Positions 8,178 to 16,961 of a DNA stretch of 64,000 bases are shown one piece after another. The stretch comes from Candidatus Acidiferrum sp. (lineage in GTDB: Bacteria; Verrucomicrobiota; Verrucomicrobiia; Limisphaerales; UBA8199), in assembly GCA_035541055.1 (NCBI GenBank), contig DATKNZ010000220.1, positions 3,992 to 67,991 on the forward strand, written 5' to 3'. Under the pieces are notes generated by a model. That model was not told where the DNA came from and ran no database searches. It saw only the letters and a list, made by a program, of their open reading frames with translations. The position numbers were made by a program, and so were the translations under genes. Numbering within the stretch: position 1 is the stretch's first letter; each line of letters opens with the position of its first letter.

Positions 8178-9428
8178 ATGAAGCCTTCCATTCAAAACAC
8201 GCTGGAGAACCTGCGGTACAAGGTCACGGCGCTAAACAGTCTGACCGCACATCGGGGTTCCCTGCGCGGGCTGGACAAGACCTTCGAGGCGGCGCTCAAC
8301 CAGACGGACGAGCAGCGGCAGAAACTCGGCAAGCTGCTCGAACGCGCCCGCCGGGGCCAGGTCGAGGCGGCCACGGAGTTGAACGCGTTGCGGACGACGA
8401 CGATTGACCTGTATGTGCGGGCGATGTCGAACTTCATCGCGTTCTTCCGCCCGGTGAACCTTGAGCCGAACGAGCAGGCGTGCTTCGTGCACACGTTCCG
8501 CAACCCGGTGGCGGTGCGCTACATGGGGCAGGACGGCGGTGTGAAATCCGTCAAGGCGGTCAAGGCGCAGCGCCCGATCTTCATTGATATGCGGGAGATC
8601 ACGTCGGACGCGGTGGGCTACCAGATCCGGGACCTGAACCTGGGCCCGGACGTGGCGGCCGCCGCGCAGGCGACGGTGGATATCGGCTGGGACATGGCAA
8701 ACAAGGTGGACTTCGAGGCGTACACGATGATGACCTCGGGGGAATCAACGCTCGGCACGGGCTACGAGGGCTACAGCATTTACGGGCCGTTCAACCTTAC
8801 GGGGACGGAGCTCAGCCGCACGTGGATTCCGAACGACCGCATCCTGCCGTCCAACCTGCCGACGACCAACGACCTGGTCCTCAGCGACAATGGCAGCGGC
8901 GAGGGGCAGAGCAACCAGTTCCGGCTGGCGGTGTTCCGCGCCATCCTGAAGTACTGCGAGGCGTGGGGGAACATTTGGGGCACGCCGATCCGCCCGACCG
9001 GGATGATCCTGGTGTCGTCCGCGGACGTGACCGACCTGGCGAGCGAGATCACGCCGACGAGCCTGATCTTCCCGAACGCGGTGGCGGAGGGAATCCTGCA
9101 GAACTACTCGCAGGTGGATTACATGAACGTCCGCTGGACGCTCGTGCCGGACGTGACGCTGCCGAGCGGCGTGTGCTACCCGGTGCTCAACCGTCCGGTG
9201 GGCGAGGTCTATTACAAGCCAGCGTTTGACGAGGAGTTCGTCGAGACGGACCGCAAGCGCAACTGGGAGGAGCGCAGCTCTTTGAAGGTGCTGAACTTCG
9301 CGATCCCCGAGCCGTGGCGGGTGAACGCGCTACGCGTCACCTACGCGGACCTGGACGAGCTCAAGGCGCAGGCCAAAGCCAAGCTGGCGAGCGCCAAGGC
9401 GGCGGCGAAGGCCAAGGGCCGGAAGTAG
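8178..9428 (+). CDS. Major capsid protein candidate (HK97-fold type)
   Basis: 416 aa with a charged helical N-terminal ~100 aa (delta-domain-like). Position is after the scaffold-like ORF, and a 12-bp GC hairpin follows. No homology search done. Confidence 0.5.
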   Translation: MKPSIQNTLENLRYKVTALNSLTAHRGSLRGLDKTFEAALNQTDEQRQKLGKLLERARRGQVEAATELNALRTTTIDLYVRAMSNFIAFFRPVNLEPNEQACFVHTFRNPVAVRYMGQDGGVKSVKAVKAQRPIFIDMREITSDAVGYQIRDLNLGPDVAAAAQATVDIGWDMANKVDFEAYTMMTSGESTLGTGYEGYSIYGPFNLTGTELSRTWIPNDRILPSNLPTTNDLVLSDNGSGEGQSNQFRLAVFRAILKYCEAWGNIWGTPIRPTGMILVSSADVTDLASEITPTSLIFPNAVAEGILQNYSQVDYMNVRWTLVPDVTLPSGVCYPVLNRPVGEVYYKPAFDEEFVETDRKRNWEERSSLKVLNFAIPEPWRVNALRVTYADLDELKAQAKAKLASAKAAAKAKGRK

Positions 9429-9442
9429 GCCACCCCAACCCG

Positions 9443-9472
9443 GGGGGCGGGCGGCTTTCACCGCCCGCCCCC
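9443..9472 (+). terminator. Strong GC hairpin after the capsid gene (terminator or mRNA-stabilising stem)
   Basis: GGGGGCGGGCGG-cttca(6 nt loop)-CCGCCCGCCCCC, a perfect 12-bp stem 15 nt after the stop. No U-tract follows. Confidence 0.5.
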
Positions 9473-9478
9473 TCAAAC

Positions 9479-9506
9479 AATAGCCAATAGCCAATAGACA
9501 ATAGCC
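9479..9506 (+). repeat. ATAGCCR-type heptamer array x4 (C3)
   Basis: aatagcc aatagcc aatagac aatagcc, ending 6 nt before the ATG at 9513. Confidence 0.95.
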
Positions 9507-9512
9507 AAAACT

Positions 9513-10343
9513 ATGATTCGACCCATTGACCTTTCGCCATTGGATTACCCGATGGCGCTCAAGCCGACTCTCGGCTACGAACTGCAACTGTACGTCTCGA
9601 CGCAGCAGAGCGTGGAGCCGGCCCAGTTCCTCGTGGCGGCGGCCAACAGCGGCGTCCTTACGCCGAGCGAGGCGGACCTGGCGACGCTGGCGGCCGCGCC
9701 GATGGAATTGCTGGCCGAGCTGGAGGATGACGTGGACTGCGGCGGCAGCGACATGGTGCTGACGGTGACCGGCACGGACGCGAACAACGCACCGCTGACC
9801 GGGACGGCGACCTTCAAGGTGCCGGCCTACAGCTCGTTCACGGAGCGGGTGTTCCCGAAGGGCTACGCGGTGGAAGTGACCACGGCGAGCGGGAACCCGT
9901 TCGCGACGATCACGTCGGTAACGGTGGCGTGCGCGGCCAATGCGGCGGGGACGAACATCGCGCTGTTCGGCGTTCCGGCGCTGAGCACTTACCGGCTGAT
10001 CGGGTGCAAGACGCAGTTGAACTTCGATCCGAAGGTGCCGTTGCCGCACGCGGTGCAGTGCGGGCGGGACCTGTCGGCCTTCATCAAGCTGGGTGAGATT
10101 CCCGAAGGCACGCTCGATGTGACGGCGAAGATCCCGACGTTCTCGGACGGGCTTTCGCGGGTGAACGGGCGGCGCGTGACGGGCCTCATCAAGGAGGTGA
10201 AGGAGGACAAGCTCGACACGATGCACATCTTCCTGATGGGCCTCATCATGACGGCCAAGGCGACGGTGGGGGAGTCGGTGGACCCGGCGACGCTCAGTGC
10301 GGCGGCGAAGTACGAGGACATCGCGATCATGTTGGCGCAGTGA
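9513..10343 (+). CDS. Hypothetical virion protein (276 aa)
   Basis: ATG ORF in the head/neck region with coding-like composition. Confidence 0.55.
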   Translation: MIRPIDLSPLDYPMALKPTLGYELQLYVSTQQSVEPAQFLVAAANSGVLTPSEADLATLAAAPMELLAELEDDVDCGGSDMVLTVTGTDANNAPLTGTATFKVPAYSSFTERVFPKGYAVEVTTASGNPFATITSVTVACAANAAGTNIALFGVPALSTYRLIGCKTQLNFDPKVPLPHAVQCGRDLSAFIKLGEIPEGTLDVTAKIPTFSDGLSRVNGRRVTGLIKEVKEDKLDTMHIFLMGLIMTAKATVGESVDPATLSAAAKYEDIAIMLAQ

Positions 10344-10356
10344 GGGGGACGGAAGG

Positions 10357-10675
10357 GAGCGTGGAGCGTGGAGCCCCTTTCACAGAAGGAAACGAAGTAA
10401 ACGAAGAGGCAAAGCGTGAAGACGCCAAACGCAACGACGCCGGCGGTGGCCTGGAGCTGCCGCCGGCTTGCCAATTCTCTACAGAAGGAAACGAAGGGAA
10501 CGAAGGGAAGAGAGGGGGAAACATCCAACATCCAACATCCAACATCCAACATCCAACATCCAAGGAGAGAAACAGGGCTCGCGGGGATGAAGACCAGTTC
10601 TGGCGGCATAGCCAATAGCCAATCGCCGATAGCCGAGCCAGAGAACTCAGGGCTCGCGGGGACGCTTGCCCTCCC
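10357..10675 (+). repeat. Composite repeat cassette C4
   Basis: GAGCGTG x2.5 (10357-10374), CACAGAAGGAAACGAAGTAAACGAAG (10381-10406), GC hairpin GCCGGCGG..CCGCCGGC (about 10438-10466), ACAGAAGGAAACGAAGGGAACGAAGGGAAG (10481-10510), AACATCC x6 (10520-10561), truncated GGGCTCGCGGGG + GGATGAAGACCAGTTC (10575-10600), ATAGCCR x4 (10608-10634), GGGCTCGCGGGGACGCTTGCCCTCCC (10650-10675). Confidence 0.95.
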
Positions 10676-10699
10676 GGGGGAGGAAGAGAGACCTAACTG

Positions 10700-11239
10700 A
10701 TGAGCACGCCGATTAACACCTTCTACCCGGGCCTGCGGATTATGCTGGGCGACCTGAACGCGTGCGTGCAGCGATACGCGGACGGGACGCTGCTGGACGG
10801 AGTCCGCACGGCGCTGGCGCTGAACAAGATGCCGGGCTACGCGGTGGACACGGACCTCATCAGCGTGACGCCGGACATTGTGGGGCCGGGGCTGGACCCG
10901 AACAAGTTCGCGCTGCTGAGCTACCACACGGTGAAGCTGTTCGTTGACCCGATGCCCGACCGGTATGCGTTTCGGACGCGGGCGTTCTCGGAGAGCGTGG
11001 GGTCGCGCAACCGGTTTCTGCAAACGCTGGAGCTGGAGATCCACAAGCTGGAGAACGGCTGCATGTTCAGCGCGTGGCAGAATTATTTCGCGTGGCTGTC
11101 GGGCATGGCGGGGCTGCCGCTGGCGGAAGTGCTGACGGACTTCCACGTGCAGGCGCCGCTGTGGAACGCGACGCTGACACGCGAGGGGCTGCACACGATA
11201 CCGGACCAGATGCGGCCGGGGGTGCCGGTGGGGAGGTGA
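10700..11239 (+). CDS. Hypothetical head-tail region protein (179 aa)
   Basis: ATG ORF, position only. Confidence 0.5.
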   Translation: MSTPINTFYPGLRIMLGDLNACVQRYADGTLLDGVRTALALNKMPGYAVDTDLISVTPDIVGPGLDPNKFALLSYHTVKLFVDPMPDRYAFRTRAFSESVGSRNRFLQTLELEIHKLENGCMFSAWQNYFAWLSGMAGLPLAEVLTDFHVQAPLWNATLTREGLHTIPDQMRPGVPVGR

Positions 11240-11363
11240 AGCGTGGAAGCGTTAAAGCGTAGAGGCGGTGAAGCGAACGAAACCGGAAAACGTGCAGACG
11301 TCTGCAAGAGGCGGGTGGAGGGTTGAGGGAAATAGCCAATCGCCAATCGCCGATAGCCGATCC
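11239..11363 (+). repeat. Composite repeat cassette C5 (contains palindrome P3 at 11292-11307)
   Basis: AAGCGTNN octamers x5 (11239-11278) starting at the stop codon, GTGCAGACGTCTGCAA (11292-11307), GTGGAGG GTTGAGG (11315-11329), ATAGCC/ATCGCC x4 (11332-11358). The ATG at 11369 follows. Confidence 0.95.
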
Positions 11364-11368
11364 ATTGC

Positions 11369-12271
11369 ATGAGCGACCTGGTGCCGTTTTTCCTCCATGA
11401 GGCGGTGCTCAGCCTTTACCCGCTCGGCGACGACGATGGGATACTGACGGACGCGGCGGTGTGGCAGGGGGCCCTGGCTAACGGGCTGCGGGCCTCGCTG
11501 GAATACGAGGAGCTGCTGGGGGCGTCGAGCGGGGACAAATACCAGCGGGCGCACCACGTGGACGAGCGGCACGTGCTGGAGATTGAGCGGACGTGGCTGC
11601 TGCGGGGGCCGGTGCTGGCGGACCCGGGCCATGGGCCGGGACTGGACGCGGTGCCGGGGCGCAACCAGCGGTATGCGCTGGAGATGGTCTGGTTCAGCCA
11701 GGGCTACTGGTATCGGCGCTGGTACTGGGGGGTGACGGCGCGGCTGACGGGGTGGGATTCGGTGCGGACGCTGGAGTTCGGCCAGAAGCAAAGCTGGCGG
11801 GCGGAGCGGTTCACGGAGGAAGGCGGGTATGTGCCGCAACCGATTTATGTGCCGCCCGGGGGCGGTGGCGGGAGCAGCAACGGAGGGACGGTGCCGCCGC
11901 CCGTCGTGACGCCGCTACCGGAGGACACGGAGCAGGCGATTGGGTTCTTCCACGAGAACCCGCTCGTCGCGGGCGAGTACCTGCTGGGCCGGTATCGCTG
12001 GCCGGTGGCGGTGACGTGCACGGCAGCGCGGGTGGTGGCGTTCGCTCCGCAGGGGTCGCCGGTGGTGCTGGGGCTGGAGGTCAATGGCGTGCTCACGGGT
12101 GACATCCTCACGCTGCCGGTGGGCACGGCCAATACGGAAGTGACGGTGGACGTGACACTGGCGGTGAGCGTGCCGCCGCTCGCGGATGTGCGGTGGAAGA
12201 TACTGTCGGCGCCCGATGCGGCGGATTCGGCGTGGCAAGTGGCGCTGGGAATGCAGGTGAGGCCCTTGTGA
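11369..12271 (+). CDS. Virion protein with C-terminal LEVNG beta-domain (paralog set)
   Basis: 300 aa with a Gly/Pro linker (PPGGGGGSSNGGTVPPPVV). The C-terminal ~108 aa (nt 11942-12268) is similar to the C-terminus of 14883..15824 and the N-terminus of 12318..13097. Confidence 0.6.
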   Translation: MSDLVPFFLHEAVLSLYPLGDDDGILTDAAVWQGALANGLRASLEYEELLGASSGDKYQRAHHVDERHVLEIERTWLLRGPVLADPGHGPGLDAVPGRNQRYALEMVWFSQGYWYRRWYWGVTARLTGWDSVRTLEFGQKQSWRAERFTEEGGYVPQPIYVPPGGGGGSSNGGTVPPPVVTPLPEDTEQAIGFFHENPLVAGEYLLGRYRWPVAVTCTAARVVAFAPQGSPVVLGLEVNGVLTGDILTLPVGTANTEVTVDVTLAVSVPPLADVRWKILSAPDAADSAWQVALGMQVRPL

Positions 12272-12279
12272 GTAGAAGC

Positions 12280-12311
12280 GAGGATAGAGGATGGAGGATT
12301 GAGGATGGAGG
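12280..12311 (+). repeat. GAGGATD heptamer array x4.5 (C6), SD-like
   Basis: gaggata gaggatg gaggatt gaggatg gagg. It provides GGAGG 8 nt upstream of the ATG at 12318. Confidence 0.9.
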
Positions 12312-12317
12312 AAAGCC

Positions 12318-13097
12318 ATGAAGGCGCTCGTTTTCCAACGCGATGGGGTGCAGGTCGGCGGCTACCTGGCGGGGCTGGGGCGCTATGCGAGCGCGGTACG
12401 GCTGCTGACGGCGGAGCTGACCTGCACGCGCAACGCGCCGGTGGGCGGCGTGCTGCGGCTGGAGCTGGAGGTCAACGGGGCGCTGACGGGGCTGGCGTTC
12501 AATGTGCCGCCGAGCGGGGGCGAGCTGCGGCAATCGCTGCCGCTGGGACTGGCCGTGGCGGCGGGGGCGGTGATCCGCTGGAAGGCAACGTTCACGGGGC
12601 AGACGGCCGAGGCGGCAACGAACGTGAGCATCACGGTGAGCGCGGCGGGCACCGTGCTGCCGCCGCCGACGCTGGCACAGGTGATCTGGACGGACGGGTC
12701 GGCGCGGCTGCCAGTCGCGAACTACAGCAACGGGGCCTACCAATCCCTGACCGACAACAGCCTGGCGGCCGTGGCGGTGGACGGGAGCACGATCTGGCTG
12801 GGCGGGCTGGTGGTGCTGACGGCCACGGGCGACGGCTTGCAGGCGGCAGCCTTTCGGGAGGGGCTGCCGGCGCAGGGGCCACGGCTGGAATTCTGGCTGG
12901 GGACACAGCGGGTGGGGGTGCTGAGCGCCGCCGGGATGCAGGCGCAGGCACTGAGCGAGGGGACGCCCAGCGGGGCGGGGTTTGCTTTTGGTACGGTTGC
13001 CAGCCTGGACGCGACCGGGCTGACGGCCACGCAGTTGATCGAGGGAGATCAGTCATATCAGGTGGATCGGACGGATCTGACTGGGAATCGCGGATAA
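12318..13097 (+). CDS. Virion protein with N-terminal LEVNG beta-domain
   Basis: 259 aa. Residues 1-108 (LRLELEVNGALTGLAFNVPPSGG...IRWKATF) are paralogous to the domains in 11369 and 14883 ORFs. Confidence 0.55.
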   Translation: MKALVFQRDGVQVGGYLAGLGRYASAVRLLTAELTCTRNAPVGGVLRLELEVNGALTGLAFNVPPSGGELRQSLPLGLAVAAGAVIRWKATFTGQTAEAATNVSITVSAAGTVLPPPTLAQVIWTDGSARLPVANYSNGAYQSLTDNSLAAVAVDGSTIWLGGLVVLTATGDGLQAAAFREGLPAQGPRLEFWLGTQRVGVLSAAGMQAQALSEGTPSGAGFAFGTVASLDATGLTATQLIEGDQSYQVDRTDLTGNRG

Positions 13098-13259
13098 GCC
13101 AAGCAGGACCAATACATGACACAAAACTCGAACTATGACGATGAGGCCCCGGCCATTGGGCGGGGGACACGCGGGGGCACCTTGAAGGAGTTCAAGGCGG
13201 CATTGAATGACTACATCCGACGCAAGGGGTGGCGAGGGCGGGCGTGGAATGAGAGACCT

Positions 13260-13330
13260 CACAGAAGGAAGCGAAGGAAACGAAGGGGAAATAGCCAATC
13301 GCCGATAGCCGATAGCCGATAGCCTATAGG
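13260..13330 (+). repeat. Composite repeat cassette C7
   Basis: CACAGAAGGAAGCGAAGGAAACGAAGG (13260-13286), then atagcc aatcgcc gatagcc x3 tatagg (13291-13330). Confidence 0.95.
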
Positions 13331-13354
13331 CGCCCGTAGCCACCTATATACTAT

Positions 13355-13792
13355 ATGTCACCGGACCTCGACTATATCCAGTACCGGCTGGCGCTGGCGC
13401 TGCAAGAGGCGGGCAGCGACGTGACGGTGCGCTGGATTGACACGGCGGGAGGGACGCTGGACGTGACGACCGGGGCGGTGGTGGGCGGCGTGCAGACGCC
13501 TGCAAGCGGCGTGCTGCGAGCGCTCGGGGTCGAGGAGCTGGCGCGGTCGGTGGTGCGCCAGTACGCGGAAATCCAGGCCGGCGACCTGCTGCTGGAGATT
13601 GACGCGGCGGCGCTCATCACGAAGGACGATGGCTCGACGGTGTGCCTCGATGACCTGGACGGGCCGAGCTTCCTTTGGGGCGGACAATGGTACCAGCAGA
13701 AGGAAGTGGGGGAGGGGCTGGCGGCGGCATGGAACGCGGTGGTGGGGAACCAGAGGCTTTACCGGACGCTGCTTTTGCGGAGGGGGAGTTGA
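13355..13792 (+). CDS. Hypothetical head-tail joining region protein (145 aa)
   Basis: ATG ORF with size and position typical of head-closure/adaptor proteins. Contains palindrome P4 in-frame. Confidence 0.5.
   Translation: MSPDLDYIQYRLALALQEAGSDVTVRWIDTAGGTLDVTTGAVVGGVQTPASGVLRALGVEELARSVVRQYAEIQAGDLLLEIDAAALITKDDGSTVCLDDLDGPSFLWGGQWYQQKEVGEGLAAAWNAVVGNQRLYRTLLLRRGS
13490..13505. repeat. Palindrome copy P4 (GTGCAGACGCCTGCAA) inside CDS
   Basis: Read as V-Q-T-P-A in ORF 13355..13792. Confidence 0.85.
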
Positions 13793-13894
13793 GGCGTGGG
13801 AGCGTGGAAGCGTTGGAGCGGGGGAACATCCAACATCCAACATCCAACACCCAACACCCAATGGGGATAGCCAATAGCCAATAGCACATAGCCA
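13793..13894 (+). repeat. Composite repeat cassette C8
   Basis: G-rich GGCGTGGGAGCGTGGAAGCGTTGGAGCG directly after the stop (13793-13820), AACAYCC x5 (13825-13859), ATAGCC-type x4 (13867-13893) running straight into the ATG at 13895. Confidence 0.95.
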
Positions 13895-14767
13895 ATGATA
13901 GGAACGCGGATCAGCACGAACACGGAGGAGGTGAAGGGCCGACTGATGCGGCTGGAGGCCGAGATGCATAAGGCGTTTTTGCGGGCGCTGGAGGTGGACT
14001 ATTGGCGGCCGGTGCTCAAGCGGCGTGCTTACGTCGTGCTGAACCGGGAATGGGCAAAGGAGTCGGACGAGGGGCGGCGGCGGTTCTACCAGACGCTTTC
14101 GCACCAGATCGTGGGGACAGTGGTGGGGATGCTGTTTGATTCGGGGGCCTGGTTCGTGGCGGCGGTCCCGGACGCGGCGGTGGACGCGAGCGCGCTCTGG
14201 CCGGACCTCGCCCGGGCAGCGCAGTTCAACGCGATGACCCAGCCCACAGGCAAACCCGGCCGCCCCACGGACCTGGCACGGGGACTGGCGGGAGCGCCCG
14301 AGCTGCTCTACCCCGAGGAGCACGGCAACCTGGAGCGGGTGCGGCAGACGATCCGGGATTGGTGTGCGCTGGAAAAGCACCTGAAGGCCGACCGGGACTA
14401 TAACGCGGACGGGACCGTCAAGACGCCCGAGCAGATTGCCGAGCGCATCATGGAGATCCTGGGCGTCGGCAAAGAGGTGAAGGCACGCACGGCTGTCATG
14501 GAGCAGGAGGCCAAGGAATTGTTCGCGGCGATCAACGACTGGCTGGCGGGCAATGGGGCGACGTCGCCCGAGATGGCCCGGGCGGTGAATAACGCTGACG
14601 CGGTGCAGGGCGGAAAGCCGCCGCCGCCCCGGCTGGACCCGGACTCGGCGCGGGAATGGCTGGAACGCGTGCTGGGCGATTGGGTGGAGACGACACGCAA
14701 GCTGCTGCCGGGGCGCGTTCAGAAGGAACTGGGCGGGGTGCGGCAGATGATGGCGAAGGGACGGTAA
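13895..14767 (+). CDS. Hypothetical phage protein (290 aa)
   Basis: ATG ORF, helical and charged, function unknown. Confidence 0.55.
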   Translation: MIGTRISTNTEEVKGRLMRLEAEMHKAFLRALEVDYWRPVLKRRAYVVLNREWAKESDEGRRRFYQTLSHQIVGTVVGMLFDSGAWFVAAVPDAAVDASALWPDLARAAQFNAMTQPTGKPGRPTDLARGLAGAPELLYPEEHGNLERVRQTIRDWCALEKHLKADRDYNADGTVKTPEQIAERIMEILGVGKEVKARTAVMEQEAKELFAAINDWLAGNGATSPEMARAVNNADAVQGGKPPPPRLDPDSAREWLERVLGDWVETTRKLLPGRVQKELGGVRQMMAKGR

Positions 14768-14769
14768 CC

Positions 14770-14879
14770 GTGGTGCGTGGTGCGTGGTGCGTGGTGCGTG
14801 TTGCGTGAAGAACCCAGATAGCTAATAGCCGACCCAAATAGCCGATAGCCGATAGCCGATAGCCAAATAGCCAATAGCC
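14770..14879 (+). repeat. Composite repeat cassette C9
   Basis: GTGGTGC x5 (14770-14807) beginning 3 nt after the stop, then about 8 ATAGCY units (14818-14879) ending 3 nt before the ATG at 14883. Confidence 0.95.
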
Positions 14880-14882
14880 GAT

Positions 14883-15824
14883 ATGAACTGCTTAGAGAGT
14901 CCCGCGATCACGGAACAGACGATGGAGTCGGCGACTTACGCGCTGCTGGCGGAATGGCTGGGGCAATGGTTCGACGGGGGCACACACACGCTGGGGACAC
15001 AACCGGCGCGAGTGTGGCCGCTGGTGCAGCCAAGCTTTGGGCAAGGCCCGATCCAGCAGCCGTTGCAGGGCAGCATCGAGATACGCGTGGTGATGCAGCC
15101 GCGGGCGGAGGCGATGTCCACGGTGGATACTTCGATGTATGCGGGGAAGCAGATCTTGGATTATGTGACCCTGAATTTCTGGATTCGGGCGAAGATGACC
15201 GGACGGGGGCAATCGCAGTTGCAGGCGCGGACGGTGGGCGAGCTGCTCAAGGCACTACTCACGCATCCTGATTCGAGGTATTTGCTGGCGCAGAAGGGGG
15301 TCCATCACCTGCAACCGCAAGGGCCGGCGACGCCGATGCCGAGCACGGAATGGGCGGAGCGGCTGATGGTGTGCGCGGCGCAGTTGCATTACCCGGTGTC
15401 GTTCGGGCCGGACGCGCCGCTGCCGCCGGAGCGGCCGGGCTTCACCTACGAGGTGCTGTTCTACGAGGCGGACCCGGTGCTGGCAGGCGATTACCTGCTG
15501 GGCACTTACCGGTGGAGCGCGCCCATGAGGCTGAGCGGGATGCGGGCAGTGGGCTGGGCGTCACAGACGGCGGGCGTGACGCTGGGGCTGGAGGTCAATG
15601 GCGTGCTGACAGGGGACACGGTGACGCTGCCGGTGGGCGAGCCGAACGTGGAGGTGCAGGCGACGGCGGCGGTGAACCTGGAGATTGATCCGGGGGCTAT
15701 CGTGCGGGTGAAGGTGCTCGCCGCGCCGGACGCGGTGGACACGGCCTGGCATGTGAGCCTATCGCTGGCGGTAGCCCCGGCCTGCGCGTGCTTCCGCTTC
15801 CCTCCTCAACCTGGAAATGGATAG
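14883..15824 (+). CDS. Major tail protein candidate with C-terminal LEVNG (Ig-like?) domain
   Basis: 313 aa, the last large virion gene before the chaperone/tape-measure pair (ignoring island B). C-terminal domain at nt 15453-15779 is paralogous to 11942-12268. The last ~14 codons lie in lower-GC island sequence. Confidence 0.4.
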   Translation: MNCLESPAITEQTMESATYALLAEWLGQWFDGGTHTLGTQPARVWPLVQPSFGQGPIQQPLQGSIEIRVVMQPRAEAMSTVDTSMYAGKQILDYVTLNFWIRAKMTGRGQSQLQARTVGELLKALLTHPDSRYLLAQKGVHHLQPQGPATPMPSTEWAERLMVCAAQLHYPVSFGPDAPLPPERPGFTYEVLFYEADPVLAGDYLLGTYRWSAPMRLSGMRAVGWASQTAGVTLGLEVNGVLTGDTVTLPVGEPNVEVQATAAVNLEIDPGAIVRVKVLAAPDAVDTAWHVSLSLAVAPACACFRFPPQPGNG

Positions 15825-15983
15825 TTGGTCTCGGGCTCGGAAACCCGACCTCATCAAACCTTGCCAGCATCAGGTCTTCTTGCTTGCCATCTGAACGACG
15901 TCAGAAATGCTTGATCCCCAGCCAGGTATCCGGCACAATAAGGACGTTAATAAGGCACGGCGTCAATCAACGCACCGAGTTTT

Positions 15984-16913
15984 ATGGACCTCAAAAACCG
16001 AAGACCTCTCTGCGTCTGGGCATCGCTCCATACAATCACCGTCATGGCTACCGTGGTCGCTTTTCTCGCGTCCGCTCGCGCCGACATAATTTACGTCTCC
16101 GACTCTGGCAACAACACGATCAGGGCCTTCAACCCAAACGGCTCCAGTTCCGTGTTCGCTACAAATGGATTGTCTACTCCGGAAGGCATGGCGTTCGACA
16201 GTGGCGGCAACCTCTATGTTGCAAACGATGGCAACAATACTATCACGAAGTTCACGCCCGCGGGCGTCGGGTCGGTCTTCGCTAGTACCGGGTTGATCAA
16301 CCCGATAGGTTTGGCTATTGACAACGCCGGTAATGTTTACGTTTCAAACCAAGGGACATACGACTCCCAAAGACAACGGTACAACTGCTACATCGAGAAG
16401 TACACCCCCAGTGGGGCCGCTTCAGTCTTTGCGGACGCCACGGGCAAGAACCCAGATGGTTTGAGTTGTGACAGCGCTGGCAACATTTATGTTGCGTACA
16501 GGTCGGGCCCTGCAGAAATAATGGAATTCACCCCAGGGGGCACAGGCTCAGTGTTCGCCACCAACGGCGCGAAGGTTCCGGCTTTCCTGACCTTCGACCA
16601 TGCAGGCGACCTCTACGCGTCCTATGCAACAGCGGGAATTGCAGAATTCTCGCCGTCGGGGACGATTCTCGGCACTATCACTAACGGAATGCAGAATTGC
16701 GTTGGCATAGCCTTAGATAGCGTCGGCGACCTCTACGTGGCGAACTTTTTCAGCTCTGGATATATCGAGAGGGTCACGCCAGACGGGGTGGCTTCGGTCT
16801 TCGCGAGTGGTTTGCCGTGGCCCGTCGGCATAGCCCTCATCCCGGAGCCAGCAAGTTGGGCGTTGCTGAGCGTAGGCACAGTGGGACTCCTCTTTGCCCG
16901 CCGCCGAGGGTAG
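15984..16913 (+). CDS. NHL-repeat beta-propeller protein with PEP-CTERM anchor
   Basis: Repeated (Y/I)V(S/A)(D/N)xGNNTIxxF motifs, N-terminal signal-like segment, C-terminal IPEPASWALLSVGTVGLLFARRRG (PEP motif + TM + Arg cluster). Confidence 0.75.
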   Translation: MDLKNRRPLCVWASLHTITVMATVVAFLASARADIIYVSDSGNNTIRAFNPNGSSSVFATNGLSTPEGMAFDSGGNLYVANDGNNTITKFTPAGVGSVFASTGLINPIGLAIDNAGNVYVSNQGTYDSQRQRYNCYIEKYTPSGAASVFADATGKNPDGLSCDSAGNIYVAYRSGPAEIMEFTPGGTGSVFATNGAKVPAFLTFDHAGDLYASYATAGIAEFSPSGTILGTITNGMQNCVGIALDSVGDLYVANFFSSGYIERVTPDGVASVFASGLPWPVGIALIPEPASWALLSVGTVGLLFARRRG

Positions 16914-16961
16914 AACTGTCGCAGGGATGTTGGGCAAAAGGAGCTGTGAAACAGAGACGTC

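Noticed and set aside
10520-14879. Tandem arrays (for example AACATCC x6 at 10520-10561, GTGGTGC x5 at 14770-14807, ATAGCC arrays) as possible CRISPR arrays
   Set aside because: Units are 7-9 nt and directly abutting, with no unique spacers. There are no 25-40 nt repeats and no cas genes in the window.
11942-15779. The two DNA-similar LEVNG domain segments as a diversity-generating retroelement template/variable repeat pair
   Set aside because: Differences between the copies are spread over all four bases rather than concentrated at adenines, similarity is only partial, and no reverse transcriptase is present in the window.
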